Shown here: positions 1 through 16,301 of the stretch, in pieces
Layout of the letters: the number at the start of each line of letters is the position of its first letter
How positions within the stretch are numbered: the stretch's first letter is position 1
From: Paraspadella gotoi
Taxonomy: Eukaryota; Animalia; Chaetognatha
Direction of reading: 5' to 3'
Assembly (NCBI GenBank): GCA_051294375.1
Contig: CM119268.1
Location: 12,275,524-12,339,523, forward strand
Length of the DNA: 64,000 bases
Position numbers and translations under genes: made by a program
Notes under the pieces: model-generated
Database searches by the model: none
What the model saw: only the letters and a program-made list of their open reading frames with translations
What the model was told of the DNA's origin: nothing

Positions 1-3000
1 CTGGGCACGAGATGTCCGGTCCTGCTTCTCTGCCGATTAATTAGCAGCGAGGGATTTGGTTTTTTTAAAAAGGCCGGGCCGTAAATACGTGTCACCTTTT
101 CCTCTCTTCTCTAATCAGTTTGGCAATCGTAATTGGGGAATTTTAATAACCATAGGTAATACAGGTAAATATCAAACTGTCAACGAGAGTTAAAATTTTC
201 TTTTTCTCCGCGCCCGTGCTTTTCCTCCAACGTCACAGTTGTTTTTCTACAAAATAGACCTGAATAGAATCTGAATCCATCACACATCTAAAATTGCGTG
301 GTCATAGATTCTCGGCTCATCTTTCCATCCTCGCCGCGCTACTGCTCTCGCGTCTCAGTCTTCTCTTCCCTCGCGCATTACCATGGGGTCGTGCCGTTCT
401 TCCTCCTCTTTGCCGACCCCGGTACTGTTTCCACACTTTACGAATATCTTTTGTTTGATGCATAAAAAAGAGGCGAAAAAAAAAAATAACTTTAAGGAAT
501 AAGAATATGGTGTTCTCGCTATCATCCTCCGGCGCGAAGTTTGTCTCAGAGAAGGACCTTATTCGTTGTTTGATTAATTCCCGCATTGGGTCTCGGGAAC
601 TAACAGTGTTCCATGCTCTCGGTCGCTCTCTCCCAATTGTTCTCTCTCTTCCGTCTCCTATTCCGCTCTGTCGTTCTCCGAGGCTCATCCTTCTCTCTCG
701 TCTGGTCACTCTTCTCTTACGCCTTCTCTCTTCCTCGATCCGTCTCTTGCTCACACACTCTCTTTTTCTTTCGCACGAACACCTTTAGAGCCTACGCGTC
801 CGCTCCCATCGATACTGTCTGTCACGCTGCGCTGAGGTCGGCAGCGGCATGTTGTTCTACTCCTACTCACGACGTGAACGCGGCTTGTAATATTCCTGTT
901 TTTCTTATTTTTCCCTCTCATTCTGCTTCTGAGCTTCTCTCTTTTTATAAAGTCCCCCACCTGGCTCCGCAAAGGAGAAACGACATAAGAATCGCAGGAG
1001 AAGAGAGGAGGAGCAGGCGGGAAGTAGCGAGAAGAAGAGAGAGAGAGGAAAGGAGAGAGATGAGAAAGAGGAGAAGAGAGAGAGGAATTCTCTTAAAGTG
1101 TATCCCTGCGCTACCTGAAGACCTCGATATTCCAGCAAGTGAGTGCACCCTGCGAAGTTACTTCGTGCCCCATGAAAGGATTTACAATACAACCTCGCGC
1201 TCCCGGTTCTTTTTTATCAGCAGTGACCCCTTAATAGACGTACCGTGCACGTGCGCTGAGAACATAAGATCACCTGACTCGAAGCGCGTTTATAATCGAA
1301 CAGAATGGTAATGTTTATACTCTAAGAGTGTAAATTCTGCCAAGTGAAGACACTACCTAGATATGAAGGATAAATGGAAATGATAGAGTGAAAATTACAC
1401 CACGACCTAGTAGAGGACGACAATCGCGTCGACCCTATAAGGAAGTCGACTCCTAAAGCGCGTATAGGGAGAGAGTTTCTTTGCCCCGACTTTACCTTTT
1501 TATACAGGTTGAGGTACGAGTATATGGACAATTGGATCCAATCCGGCTTTACGAATGAAGAGGATAGTAGGACCGGACGTGTCACGAATCGGAACCTTAC
1601 GTAATCTCTGTAAATTCTTAAATTCGACTTACTTCATGGCCATTCTGAAATTTCAATTTATCATTTGTTGATGTATGTTAACGTCAGAAGAGCCAGAATT
1701 AAAAATGAAAATATTATTTTCCGGTCGAACCGGGGTTAGGGGGGTATCGGGTTCTCGATATGATTTTAGGGTAGGGTATACTAGTACTAGCATGTTTTCA
1801 CAGATATATATATGTTTTTACAAAGTATTCTCTTTTTTAAATAAGAACAATGTTCTAAACGCACTCGGACTTGCGCCCGTAAAGTAGCAAAGTTCTTTAC
1901 TCCAAAAAATTCCTGTTGTAAAGAAGATAAGTTCACTCAAGTCTCTACAACTTATTCCCATCACCTGCCACTTCGACCTGCGACTGTCCATCAGCAGCAA
2001 CCACCATAAAGAAAGTATGGCGTGGCGGCGGAGAGCCCCGTGCGAATGTGCGTGTTCCCCGACAATTAATTCTGATCGTGCCAGCATTTTTTTCCTCAAC
2101 TTCAAGTACCAAGTTTGGGCTCAGGGGAAGTTATAGAGAGGCTAGATGTCTTGGTGTAAAAGAACATAACTATAGACGCATATGAGGGTGGAGATTAACA
2201 GGCAACCGATTCTAACAAATGTGGCTTTGAACAAAGATTTGTCTATCTAACCCCCGCAGAAATAGACGGTCCTACGGAATCGTACCATTGTGAGCGATTT
2301 CTATTCAGACTGTTTTAAACAGGGCCACGTTAGAGATTAGTTTTTTTGGTATAGGGAAAAGAAAAAAAAGTAATAAAGAACTATCAGATGTAAATAATGT
2401 AATCGATATAGTTCAATTCTTACGGCTTACTCAATACTTCTTTATAATGGGACACGATGAGAGCGTACGAAGTCGCCCATCGGTGACGCCACTCGATTTC
2501 GAATAATAAAAAAAAACCAATTGGGTAAAGTCCGTATCGGGAATGCCAAGATAAGAAAAATTAACGTAAATTCAATAAAGTTGAAGTAAAATAGGTAGTT
2601 AAACAAAGTGTGAGTCTGACTGTCCATGAGAATCGATGAGAATATTTAATTCAAACTCATAAATAAACATTAGGCTTTTTTTATTCTCTATCTTCTACCC
2701 ACTATCATATTTACATTAAGCGTGTTTATTTGCCGGATGTGAAAAAAAACAGATCTTCCGAGTGGGTCGCCGGGATTAGTCATCGATAGACGACGCTATC
2801 ACCGCCACACATTTTCGTACGATTCACACTTTTGCCCATTGGCCCCGCAAGTTTGCGTTGCCAGTGCTGCTTTGGCTTCGCCGGTTTCGTTTAGAAACAT
2901 TAATCACTAGCAGTTCTAAGTGATCGGCTGACAAAATCGTGAACTATCTGTTTTCATCGTTTAGGCTCCCTCAGCGCAAAAGAAACGCGTACTGAATGGA

Positions 3001-6000
3001 TTGATTTTTTTCCGAGAAATCTGAGACGCCCTGGAGATAACCCCTGTGAGCGTAAGCACCCCGAGCGGAACGAATAACAGGGTGGATGTTTCTCAAAATC
3101 TCACACAAATGTTGCTTGAGGCCATACGCAATCGCAGAAAGAACACTGTGTTTTCACAACTATTCCTTTGGTCCTACTTTTTTTCTTTTAACTACAATAT
3201 GCCTGCAAGAATCCTTCTCTTGATATTCTTTTCTTCTTCCATCTTACTTTCCGGATATTTTCTTCTCTATTGACTTTTTTCCGTACGTTCTTCTTTTTCT
3301 TCTCCTAATATCTACCATTCTCTTCTTCATCTCCTTCTTCTCTTCCTGCGTCTCTCTCTCACTGCCCTCAACATGAGTTTCCCTGAGATTTGTTATAACC
3401 GTAGATGCTTATGCTATCCTGATGTCAAAAGACACGAGAGAGCGGGCGCACTTCATGGAAACTTGGAAGTTATCCTCGGGATGGATTTGATGGGAGAGGA
3501 GAGAGAGAGGAGTCAATAGAGAGAGTCGACTTTCCGGAGTCCTACAGCCCACGGCAGGCAAGAGCATACTTGTGGATACAGGCGCCCTTTTGGGGGCCCA
3601 TCTTTGGAAATGGGGATGAATACATGGTCATGGAAAGCGGAGGGCACACAGAACAACAGGTTCGAGGGATAGCAAAAACACATGATAAGAGACTAGCATG
3701 AGGATCTCTATGTATATTCAGACACAAAAGTGTTGGGGTTATCATATAGATACCAATTACTGATATAAAAAACAAAAAGTAAATAACAAAAAAAAAAGAT
3801 ATTTCGTCTCCCTCAAAGGAACCCATCTGAGATTGTGAAGTTAATGAACAGAGGCGCGACACCAAATCGGGGAAAGATAAACTGGAAGGACAAATACGAG
3901 AATGTTGATGTTGCCCTCACACTATCAATTCATTCCATGCTAATAAAAGGATTCGAGAATGAGTACCTTCGTAATGAGATCTCAGATAAAAATCGATAAT
4001 CTAGAGTTATTATGAGTCGATAGTCGAAGACCAATTACGGGGAATTAAAATTTTATGTTTTTGGTCTTAAAACGTAGGGCGCCCGAAGCGGATACAATAC
4101 AAGCCGATAACGAACTCTAAAACGATTAATAAAATAAAAACTCGTACGGACTAAACAATAACCATACGGTTTAATAAGTTGGCGGGCCGAATTTTCCTCC
4201 CGTCTTTTCATAACTGAACAACTTACATGTTTGTGTTCTCCTTTGGTTTTTCATATTTTGGGCGCTGAGGGAGGTTCGAGGGCCAGAATCATAGCTTTAC
4301 TTCGAGTTTTTCTGTATTTTTCGTCTGATGTTTTTCGTGTTTCTTGCCCGTTCTCTTTCTCGGTCTCTTTCTCGCTCTTCTTTCCTCATCACCTCGGCTC
4401 TCCTTTCATCTCTTTCTCTTCAGTTCACAAGTTGTAATACGCTGTACGGGTTTAAGTGTTAAGTCTGTGTTTCTAGTCACACAACAATTAGACAGGAAAG
4501 AATAGGAAAATCAGCTTTTGGCTGCGAGGACATTAGTGTGGATGATGGGCGACACATGGTGGCAAAAGACAGGTCGAAAGGAACACCGTCGCAAGCCCCG
4601 GCGGATACTCAGGCTCTCACTGTCGTATGCACGAGCCGGCATGAAGAACGACGGACAGGGAAGCGCAGACGCAGCGAGCTGCGAGGCACAAGGGACAAGT
4701 ACGCGAGACAGGAAGGAGATGACGGTGGACTTTAAAAATACAAAAGCTCTTACGATTAATTTGCGGATGGGCGATTCGGATCTTTTGGGCTTTCGGGTCA
4801 TTGACGGTATGCGAGAAAGTAAAGAGAGAGAGAGAAAAGGAGAAAAGAGAAGATGCAAAGATGAGTAGAAGGAAACATAAGCCAAGATGAAGAGAAAACT
4901 GTGACCCGCGTTTCGTCTGCGCACACAAGATAGGGAAGGAGTCAGCGGAGGATCAAACCTCCCATAACGCTCGCCGTCCTTCGTGGCGTGGCAATAAAAA
5001 CAACCATGTAAGAGTACATATTACCAAAAAAAAACGCTAATTCTAAGCGAAAGAAACAAAAAGACCGGGGGAGGGAGAGGGGAGAGAGAGGAGGGGAGTA
5101 CGAGAGAGGAGAGGTCAGTCGGCGGGGATTTAGATTTTTGTAAAGGAGAGTGCACGGAGAGAGAGAGATTAGTCTGCAATCGTCCTGAGATCGAGAAGCG
5201 GCGAGCCGGCAAGCGAAGAAGTAGAGAAGAGGAGAAGGGGGAGACCGTTAAAATAAAAAAAAGTAACATGAATAAGGGATTAAAGAGAAGTAAGAAGACG
5301 GGGCCGGGTGGGAGGTCCTGTTTTGTGTGAGGTATTAATCTCGGTTGCGTGCTCCAATGTTTTTTAAAGTTCGGGCGGCTAAACGGGTTCACATACTCAG
5401 CTTAAGAGGTTCAACCAATACGAAACACGGAGAGCTATTGGATGTCTGTCTATTTGATTCAAAGATGATAATGAAGAAAACGGCCCCGGAGCCATGTTTC
5501 TTTAATTGCTCGAAGCGGGATTCCTCGAATTATTCGAGTAGATGATTATAATACTCTTTTGCGGTATCGTCTGAAGGGACTTCGAGACTACGTGGAAGAC
5601 TTCCATTCTATTGAATCTATTATTTTATATCTATTTATCTATATATAACTATTTACTCCATTAATTTCTTTTCTCTTTTCTTTCTATTCTTTTTCTTTTT
5701 CTTCTGTTTTTCTTTTTCCTGTTTCCTTTTTCGCTCTCTATTCCTATATTCCTTTCTTTTCCTTTCCTTTCCTTTACTTTCACTTTGCGATGGCCACTTC
5801 TTCTTTTCTTCTTTTGTTCTTAACTTAATACTCTTGGTTCTCCATTCTGCGGTTTTCCTTTTCCTTTTTCTCATATTTATTTATCTCTTACAATAATAAC
5901 ACAAAAACAGGATCTGCTAAACTTGCTTCTGGCACTTACTCTACTCACATCTACAGCACATTTTATTTATCGAGAATATACATTTTTTCGGTGGCGGGTT

Positions 6001-8639
6001 TTGAAGTCCTTGCTGTAACCAGGAAATAATGTCGAATCAACGTTCACAAGGGAAAGAAAAATAGGGACAGATTGTGCGTATTGCCACTTTGATTGAATGC
6101 CACAACTATGAAAGAAGAGGGGAGAAGTTAAAGTCAAGAACCATATTAAATTATTACCAACATAATACCCCTATCGAAATTGGTAACTACCATATATCAA
6201 ATTTATCACACGGTGATTCATGATAATAAATATATTTATCGGAAATTTATAGAAGTTGTATCATCTATTAATAAATTATAATATTTTGTAGACCTTTGTT
6301 CATATATTAAATTTCAGTATGTAGGTGTGCAGTTTAACCTATTTTTCTGGTATGTATATCTTCGGGTTATGTTTTTATATATTATTCTTGCAATATTAAT
6401 CTTAATATACCAATTAGTTCTTTGACTATCATGAAACGATTAAAACCAATTTATCATTTCTTAAACTTATAAGCATCAGCCGTGTAAACCCCAACAATTC
6501 TAAGGATTCCGTTTTGAGAGAGCTACAATCAACTTTATAGAATTTGAAGTTCTCAAATCTGTATTTTACCGAGAACGCAATTTCATGGAAATGTGGTTCT
6601 GATGGAGAAATGATTTAAACGAATGTCATTTGTTTCTTGTCCTGCGCGCGAGCGAGGGAAGACCTGCGACGAGGACCGAGAGAGAGAGAAGAGTTCGCCA
6701 ATAAATCTATACTTATTCTTAACAAATGACAAGTTTCATCTACAGTTCGAATGTATCCTAAACGCCCAAATTATAGATATAAAATTGAAAAGCGGAGAGA
6801 AGCATGAGATGAGGATGTAGTGAAGTAGCAGGCAAGAGAGGATGCGGATGAGTATTGTAGATGGTGAGGAGAGAGATGGATGCAAGGCAGCGAGAGAGAG
6901 AGGAAGCGGGGTTGATGGTTATGGAAAAGTAATTTTCCCAGGTCCTTGATTTAATTATAGAGTAATTTTTAGAGGCTTGATGTTGTTCGTATTTATTTTT
7001 TTCCCCGGTTGTGCTGCAATGAATTGTCAGAAAGGCGGGTGAGACGCTCAGGGGGGGAAGGGAGAGGAGCAAGGTGGAAAAACAGTTTTTCAAATCGGCA
7101 CATATGTAGATGGAGAGAGATAAGAGCGCGAAGGTTCTTAAGTTTGAAAATTATGGGACCGAGAATATAATTTGGGGGGCCTGTGAGCAAAAATGGGGAT
7201 CTGGATAGACTTTTCCTTTTTTTTTTTTCTTTTTTGAGAGGACTAAAGTTTGTCAAAGCGTGAGATTCACCAGATGACGCATCGAGATGAGCGTAGTTTA
7301 TTGAATTGAGGATGACAAAAAAAGAGAATTGGCATATATGCAGAGCAAGCAGATGATAAAGAATTAGTATAAGAGAGCCCTAGCAGAGAGCTAACGATTT
7401 ATGAGCCAAATGTGAGCTGCCGGGGCAGCCAAACACAAGCAGATATTTGAATTAAAGCGAAACGAAAAGGGACGGGGAAAAAAAGAAGGTTTTAGTATCA
7501 GAGTACTCAGAGAAGATAAAAGAGATAAAAGAACCAGACTCAAAATATATTAACGGGGCACACAGGGGAACGAAGCTAGCCACGAAGGGACGCACGCAGA
7601 AAGTTCCTGTCAGGAAATAGAAAAATGCCGTGAAGTAATTCATATATAAACGGTGCTGAGTCTGAGCCGATTTCAAGTGTCATTTACAGTTGATACGTAT
7701 AACTCTGCTTTATTTCGCAGCGGGTCGTCGTCATCGTCACATCATCGTCATCATCGTCGTGCACAATAATCGTGACGTCATCATCAATCGGGTTGCTAAG
7801 ACACGTTATTTCGTAAGATGAATAACACAGAATAAAAAAGGGGCAAGGACACTATAATATGTAGGATTTTAGTCGAGAAAGCAAAAAAACAAATTGATAA
7901 GATAAGTGAAGAAGAAGTGTGGCCTGGGATATAAAAAAAAAAGTAGAGAAGAAAGCAAGGAAAGAAAAAAATCGACGGAATGAGAAAAAAAAATTGACGG
8001 AAGAACGAGGAAAATAGAGAGGACAAGGTGGATAAGAATGTGACTGCAGGTGGGCGAAAGGAAAAGGAAAAAGAAAATAGAAAAGAAAGAGGAAGTCGCC
8101 TACCCGTTTTCCTTTCGCCAACGAATGTCCTATCTCGGCTAATTTTTTGTTTTCTCCTCGTCTTTCGATTCTCATTCCGTCGCCACTTTTGGTTTCGTAT
8201 TCTCACGTCGTGGTCGTTGTTTGTCTGTTATTGTGCTGTTATCGTCGTGATGGGGTTGTGGTGTTCTGTTTGGCGCCTTTTTAAGGCGTTTTCCAAGGAT
8301 GGTGGCAAGATTGCGCCTTTTTGCTTGGTGAGTAATTTAATGGTAATTGCCCAACAGCCGACAATCGTCGACTAGGTCGCGTAATGTCATCGTGATCTTC
8401 AACGAATTCACTGACATAACATTATTCAGAGACATTTCCATTCGCTGCCCCCTTCGTCGATATCACCGATCTATCACCGATGTCTTCCTTCGCATCATCA
8501 CTACATACTGTGCTCGTCGTCGTCGCTCGCGGGCGGCATTCGGCAGGCAATGCGACAAACCAATTAAGGAAATGGAAACTGGGCAGAGAGAAGGCAAAAC
8601 AAATGCGAGAGAACAGAGACAGAGATGGTGGGGGAGGCG

Positions 8640-8687
<48 letters not shown>

Positions 8688-9730
8688 GCAGAGGAGAGAG
8701 AGAGAGAAGAGAGAGATTCGAGAAATAGACAAGATAAACAGGGATGGTCCAGCTCTAAGGCGACTAACTTCAAGTGCTTACAGGCACAAAAAAGCCTTTA
8801 TGATAAGCAATTTTTGAAAACTCATTAAATTAATCTTTTTGATCGTATCAAAAAAAAAGTCTAGAAGCGGGGCCGGACAGCAACTACTTGGTAGTGAAGC
8901 TTTTGCATAGGACATTCGAATTCTTTTGCGGGCCGCTCTCTTACAGAATTATTTTAAGAAATTTTAACAAATCAAGAGATTTGTGGACTTTTGACTTTTG
9001 GGCTTGCGCGCTTTTTTCTTTTTACTGCATCCCACTGGATTTTATGAAAAATTAGGATGGAGAAGCAGAATGTCCCAAATCAACATACTCGTTTCTTAGA
9101 ACTGTCACGATTCAACTGAAAGACTTTGATAAAAGTAATTTTCATATTTGTACGTAATACTTCTTCTTTAATAAATTAATTTATTTTTCTAACTGTGAAA
9201 CTGAAAATGTTATGATAAAATATGTTTCGCTTCGGTCCCCAATTTTCCCCGAGAGAGAAAAAAATGAGAAACAAGTGAACGTTGACGACGACGACGAGGA
9301 CGACAACGACGACGACGACGATTCCATCACGAGGACCAATCAATGNNNNNNNNNNNNNNNNNNNNNNNNNNNNNNNNNNNNNNNNNNNNNNNNNNNNNNN
9401 NNNNNNNNNNNNNNNNNNNNNNNNNNNNNNNNNNNNNNNNNNNNNNNNNNNNNNNNNNNNNNNNNNNNNNNNNNNNNNNNNNNNNNNNNNNNNNNNNNNN
9501 NNNNNNNNNNNNNNNNNNNNNNNNNNNNNNNNNNNNNNNNNGAAGTAGTTGAGGGGAAGAGAAAGAGAGGATTTCATCCAATTTCGATTATAATTCGCAT
9601 TTGCATCTTTCTGTTTTGTTTCCTTTTTTTCTTTTTTTAATTTTATTCTTTCTGTTTTGTTTACGTTCTTTTTTTTGGACTTTCCTTCTTTCTGTTTTCT
9701 TTACTTTCTTTTTTTCTTTTTTGACTTTCC

Positions 9731-11587
<1,857 letters not shown>

Positions 11588-12269
11588 TGTAGTAGAGCGA
11601 TCTTTCTCTCACAGGATGGTTCTTCCCTAAAGTTCGCCTGCCCAATCACCCTTTCCTGTTCTGACCATGATTAACGCTGCTGTAAAGAGCATGGAGCAGA
11701 ACTTGATTAACATATGAATATTATGTCAGTTTGGATGCGCAGGCGATAAAACCATCATAATTCATATTAAGAGCATAATCTATATATATAAACAGAATAT
11801 CTCTGACGAAATTGGTACATACCATATAAAATTATCGATTCATTAATAAATAAGTCATCTTTCCCCTGAATTTGGACAGGCTTTGGTGGGTTAAATTCTC
11901 CATCACTCTACAAGAATAAATGACATAGCAGGTCCCTGCAGCTTTCAATCAGACTCTCTCACAGTCTCGTTATTAAGTGGTATAATATTTTAAAGAATAT
12001 TTTAATTGTATAATAAAAACTTTTTTGGAACTTAGAATTCATGGTAACTTTTTTTTTAAAAGTTAAAATTGAAAAAACCTCAGTCTGATGAGGAAGATTA
12101 ATTTCTTCTTTGAGCACGGAATTCAATCTTCCTCCTTTACTATCTCCTCCTTTGCTCTTTTCTTTTTCTTCGCTCTCTCCCCTACTTTCTCTTTGCACTT
12201 TCTCTGCTTGCCTTTTCTTCGCTCTTTGGCTCTCTGCCCGTTTCACTGGCCATTTTACCGTGCTCTTAT

Positions 12270-12680
12270 TAACTCATCTTGGCTCACTCCCTCTCGCTCA
12301 CTCCTACTGTCGCTTTATCTCTCACTAAATCTTTGCTCTTTTCTCCTATGCTGTCTCTGTCTCACTTCCTCATCGCTTCTCTCCTTCTTCGCTTTATCTC
12401 TCACTATATCTTGCTCTTTTCTCTTATGCGACTTCTCTCTCACTCCCTCATTGCTCTCTCCATCTTCGCTTCATCTCTCACTTTGTCTTTGCTCTTTCCT
12501 CGTACGCCGTCTCTCTCTCAGCTCTCACTTTGCTCCACATAATTGTTCTCTTCCCCTTTGGCTCTCTTCTTCTTCGCTTCATCTCTCCAACTTTTTTGTC
12601 TTTGCCTCTTTTCCTCGTACGCCGTCCTCTCTCTCGCTCTAACTTTGCTCTCTCCCTCATTGCTCTCCCCCTTTGCTCTC
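12270..12680 (+). repeat. Degenerate ~80-bp pyrimidine-rich minisatellite
   Basis: TCT(T)TGCTCTTT recurs at ~12330, 12409 and 12487, with CTTCGCTT(T/C)ATCTCTCAC in each unit. The array is shorter in block A copy 2 (~21430-21660). Confidence 0.75.
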
Positions 12681-13724
12681 TCCGTCGCGTCGAAGGCGAG
12701 AGGAAGGCGACGTCACCTCGCGACGGCGCGTGCGGAAGATGAATGGAAGAGGTTGCAAAGAAACAGCGGGGGTGACGAAGAGTGTTGGGGGAGGTGGTGA
12801 GTGGGTTGGGGGAAAGGAGGGAGAGAAGGGGTGGAGTTGCGACGGAGAGGTTTGACTTTTGGAGGGTTGTGGAAGGGGTGGAGAGGCGATGGAGGGGACG
12901 GTGGTTTGGGTAAAAGAAAGTACCCGGAAATGAAGAAAAATGGGCTGAAAGAGAAATTAGTGAGAAGGAACTTTTGGATTGTCGTTGAGTAAAGGTGTTT
13001 TTTTTTGTTTTTTTTAGGAAAACCAGTAAATGCGAAACAAAACTGAACGAGCTGTTGCCGTTGTCGCGGAGATGAGTTCGCTGAGCCAAAGATTAAATCG
13101 GCGCTCGCAGTTTTGGATTAAAACGGAAAGCCGCGATATTCCGTCCATCGGCTTTTCCTAACTCTCGCTTTTCACTCGCAATTTATGGTGAAAAAGTTCG
13201 AATTTTCATGAGGAAGAAAAAAAAAATTCAAATCATTTATTTTTCTCTCTCGACGAAAGCAACTTAATTTTTCGACGCGCATCAATTGCTCAATGGAAAA
13301 TTTTCAAAAAGCTTCCCCCCCCGTTTCTTAACTCCTTTTTTTCCCTTCTCTTTCTCTCCTCCTTTTTAATTTGGCATGCCCTTTCGTTTGCTAAATGCGA
13401 TCTTTCTTTCTCCCTGTGAGAAAAGAATGTTGCTTTTTCCAAAACAAATTCCACATAAGGATTAAATACCCGGTGAAAAAAAAAGGAGAGAGAGAGAGAG
13501 AGATAAAAGGGTGAAGGAAGAGAGGGAGTCAGAGAGAAAGAAAAAAAAAGATAGAGATAGAGCGCGAGATTCATTTTCATTCACTCACATGCAGCTGTTA
13601 GCTGCGAGGTCTTTGTTACAAAAGAACTAATGGGATAGATTTTTTTTCTTCTCATTTTTTTTCAATTTTTTTTTTTTCATCAGATTTTTTGAAGAAGAAA
13701 GAAACGAGACAACTAACGAGTCGT

Positions 13725-13985
13725 AGCGAATTCTTCATTTTTCTTTTTTTCCTTTTTTTTTTCCTTTTTCGTACAAATTCTTCATTTTTTCTTTTTTCCC
13801 TTTTTTTCATTTTTTTTGTACAAATTCTTCATTTTTTCCTTTTCCTCTTTTTCCTTTTTTTTGGTAGTGAATTCTTCATTTTTCTTTTTTCCTTTTTCCT
13901 TTTTTCGTACGAATTCTTCATTTTTTTTCTCCTTTTTTTTCTTTTTTTTTCGTTAACGAATTTTCATTTTCTTTTTTCCATTTTT
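13725..13985 (+). repeat. ~45-bp T-rich minisatellite with core GTAC(G/A)AATTCTTCATTTTT
   Basis: About six units; also present in copy 2 at ~22660-22920. Confidence 0.85.
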
Positions 13986-16301
13986 TTCGTTTTCGTTTCG
14001 TTTTTTTGACACCGTCAAAGTTTCTCGGTCTCCCTGCGCTATTTCGTCTGCTGTTATAGTTTTTCTTTTTTTTCTTTACGTTTCCTGCTTTTTTGATTTT
14101 TTTTTTTTTTTAGTCGACTGCGACAAAACGGGGGTTTTTATTGGTGAAATGGTTTTGGGTTCCTTTCGACAATAGATGGCGTCTTGCGTCTCATTCCGCT
14201 TTCCATTTTGTTATCGGAAAAGAGTTTTATTTCTACAGTAGCCAATTTATTTTTTTTTTATGAGGTGGACCACTGTTTTAAATGTTCTTTAGTTTTTCAA
14301 TATAGAAGATATTGATTTCAAGCGGTTTTTTGAAGGTCCATAATCTTAATTGCAGAGGAAGATTAAAAGCGAAAGTTGGGGTCAAAAACAGATCGACCGG
14401 CCAAGGATGAATTGGATAAAATACGGCTGGTTCGGATTTAAAATAAGGATTGAGTGAACTCAATAATTGAGGTCATGCGTGGGCCCAGTACGCTAAAAAA
14501 TGAAAAAAGCTGCACTGTGTTATATATTATTCTTTTTCTCGATAGACATATTCTCATGATGAAAATTCTTAAGACATATTTATAAAAAATATCCCATAAA
14601 GTGAACAGTGTAATAGATAATTTAAACGTTGCCGCTTCCTCGATTTTCAAGAAAATGATCTATAATTTCAGTCAGTTTTAAGTTCCTTATTCCTTCATAA
14701 GGACGAACGGACTCCTTGTGGCCGACCGACCTTGAACACCACTACCACTTACCCTCTTCCACAATCCCCAACGAATCCAAGACGGCGATTCGGATTTAGG
14801 CCCTCCTCACTTCACCTCAATTCATAAAAAATGTGTTAATGCCCTTGAATTGAAACATAAGACAGACTCTCGAGGGGAAAAAGGGGCCCAACGGGATGGG
14901 GGGTAAGATAAATGAAAAGAAGGGGGGAGAGAGGGAGGGTGGGGGGAGGGTGGGGGGCAAAGAAAAGATGAGACGTTGGAAGATTGCTGGCGGAATGGTT
15001 TCCATTCGGAGTCGGAAGGAATAGAAGTGGAATGGCGGGAAACGGTTGCAGGAAAAGATTCTAACGAGGAAATTGTGGTTTGTGGAATGAAGTGGAAAAG
15101 GAGATAACGAATTTAGAATAAGAGGCTCAATAATTTTGAGAAAATGGTTTTAGAAATGGTCAAAAAATATAGTTTGGAGGGAAATTACAAGTGGAAAATT
15201 GTTCGGCAAATATGGATCTAGAAAAAGTTGAGTAAAAAAATTTGTTTAAAATAAAATAAATTACGAATCAGTTAATCAGAAAAAAAAATAAATAAAATAA
15301 AATCAGTTGAAAAAAAAATAAAAATAAATTTTGTTTGCAACCAAAAAAAAAGAAAAATTAGGAAAAAATGAAGAAAGAGGAAAGTTAAAAGGCGGAAGAA
15401 ATGATTGGGAGTAACAAAAATGATTTGGGAAAGACTTTGCGAGGAACAGAGATGATGAGAGAATCGATGATGGAAAACTTTTCTTCAGCGAAGAACTCGT
15501 ATTTAAGGTACGAAAGTTCACAGAATGGCGGAAGGGTTGAAAGATCGATTTTGAAAGTTACGGGAGGAAGAGAAGAGAATCGTGTGAGTGCAAGTAAAGA
15601 AGTCGAGGCTTCGTTCAATCGCAAATAATTCCCCGCTTCGTGATTCGCGAAACGTAAACATTTTTTTTCGCATTTGTTTCGCTCAACAAATCTCCTAGTA
15701 AATCCCGAAATTTTTTTTTCGAGAGTTTTCGATGGCAAAAATACGTGCGCGCGTAAATTCTCTTCAAAATATACTCTCCTTTTAATTTGTTTGTTGTAGC
15801 TTTAAGTGGCGTCGTTGGAGGCTGTTATCCTGGAAATAGCAGAAGTTTGCACGTATCGAGGTTCTAAAGAGTGACGGACGAACAGAGGCAGACAGGCAGA
15901 CCGACTGAACTGACTGGTAAGACGGATAGACAGATCGAAAGACCAAAAACGTTTCTCGTTTGGTCACAAGTTCGAATCAAAAAAAAAAAAAAAAGAGAGC
16001 AAAGGCAACCGACGAGTCAGTCAACCGAACAAGTAAGTAAAGTCAAGAAAACAGCGAAAGCGAAAAAAAAAGGTTCAGCCATGTATTTTTAAAGTGAATC
16101 GGAACAGCCCCAACCCAGTTTTCCTCTTTTTTCTTCTTCTTTTTTTTGCGGTGAGTGCATACAGTCTAGACTATTTTTGCTGTGTGGCTTCTGTATATTT
16201 TATCTGTATAGTTTTACAGATTTCCTCGGCTCGTATAAGAATGATTACTTTAAAGGAATTATATTAAGAGTCAGTTTCGACTTCATTTCGAAAATATTAC
16301 T

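Noticed and set aside
9176-9640. ORFs spanning N-runs (also near 32465, 36176, 37981, 39731, 40328, 47283)
   Set aside because: Open only because gaps translate as X.
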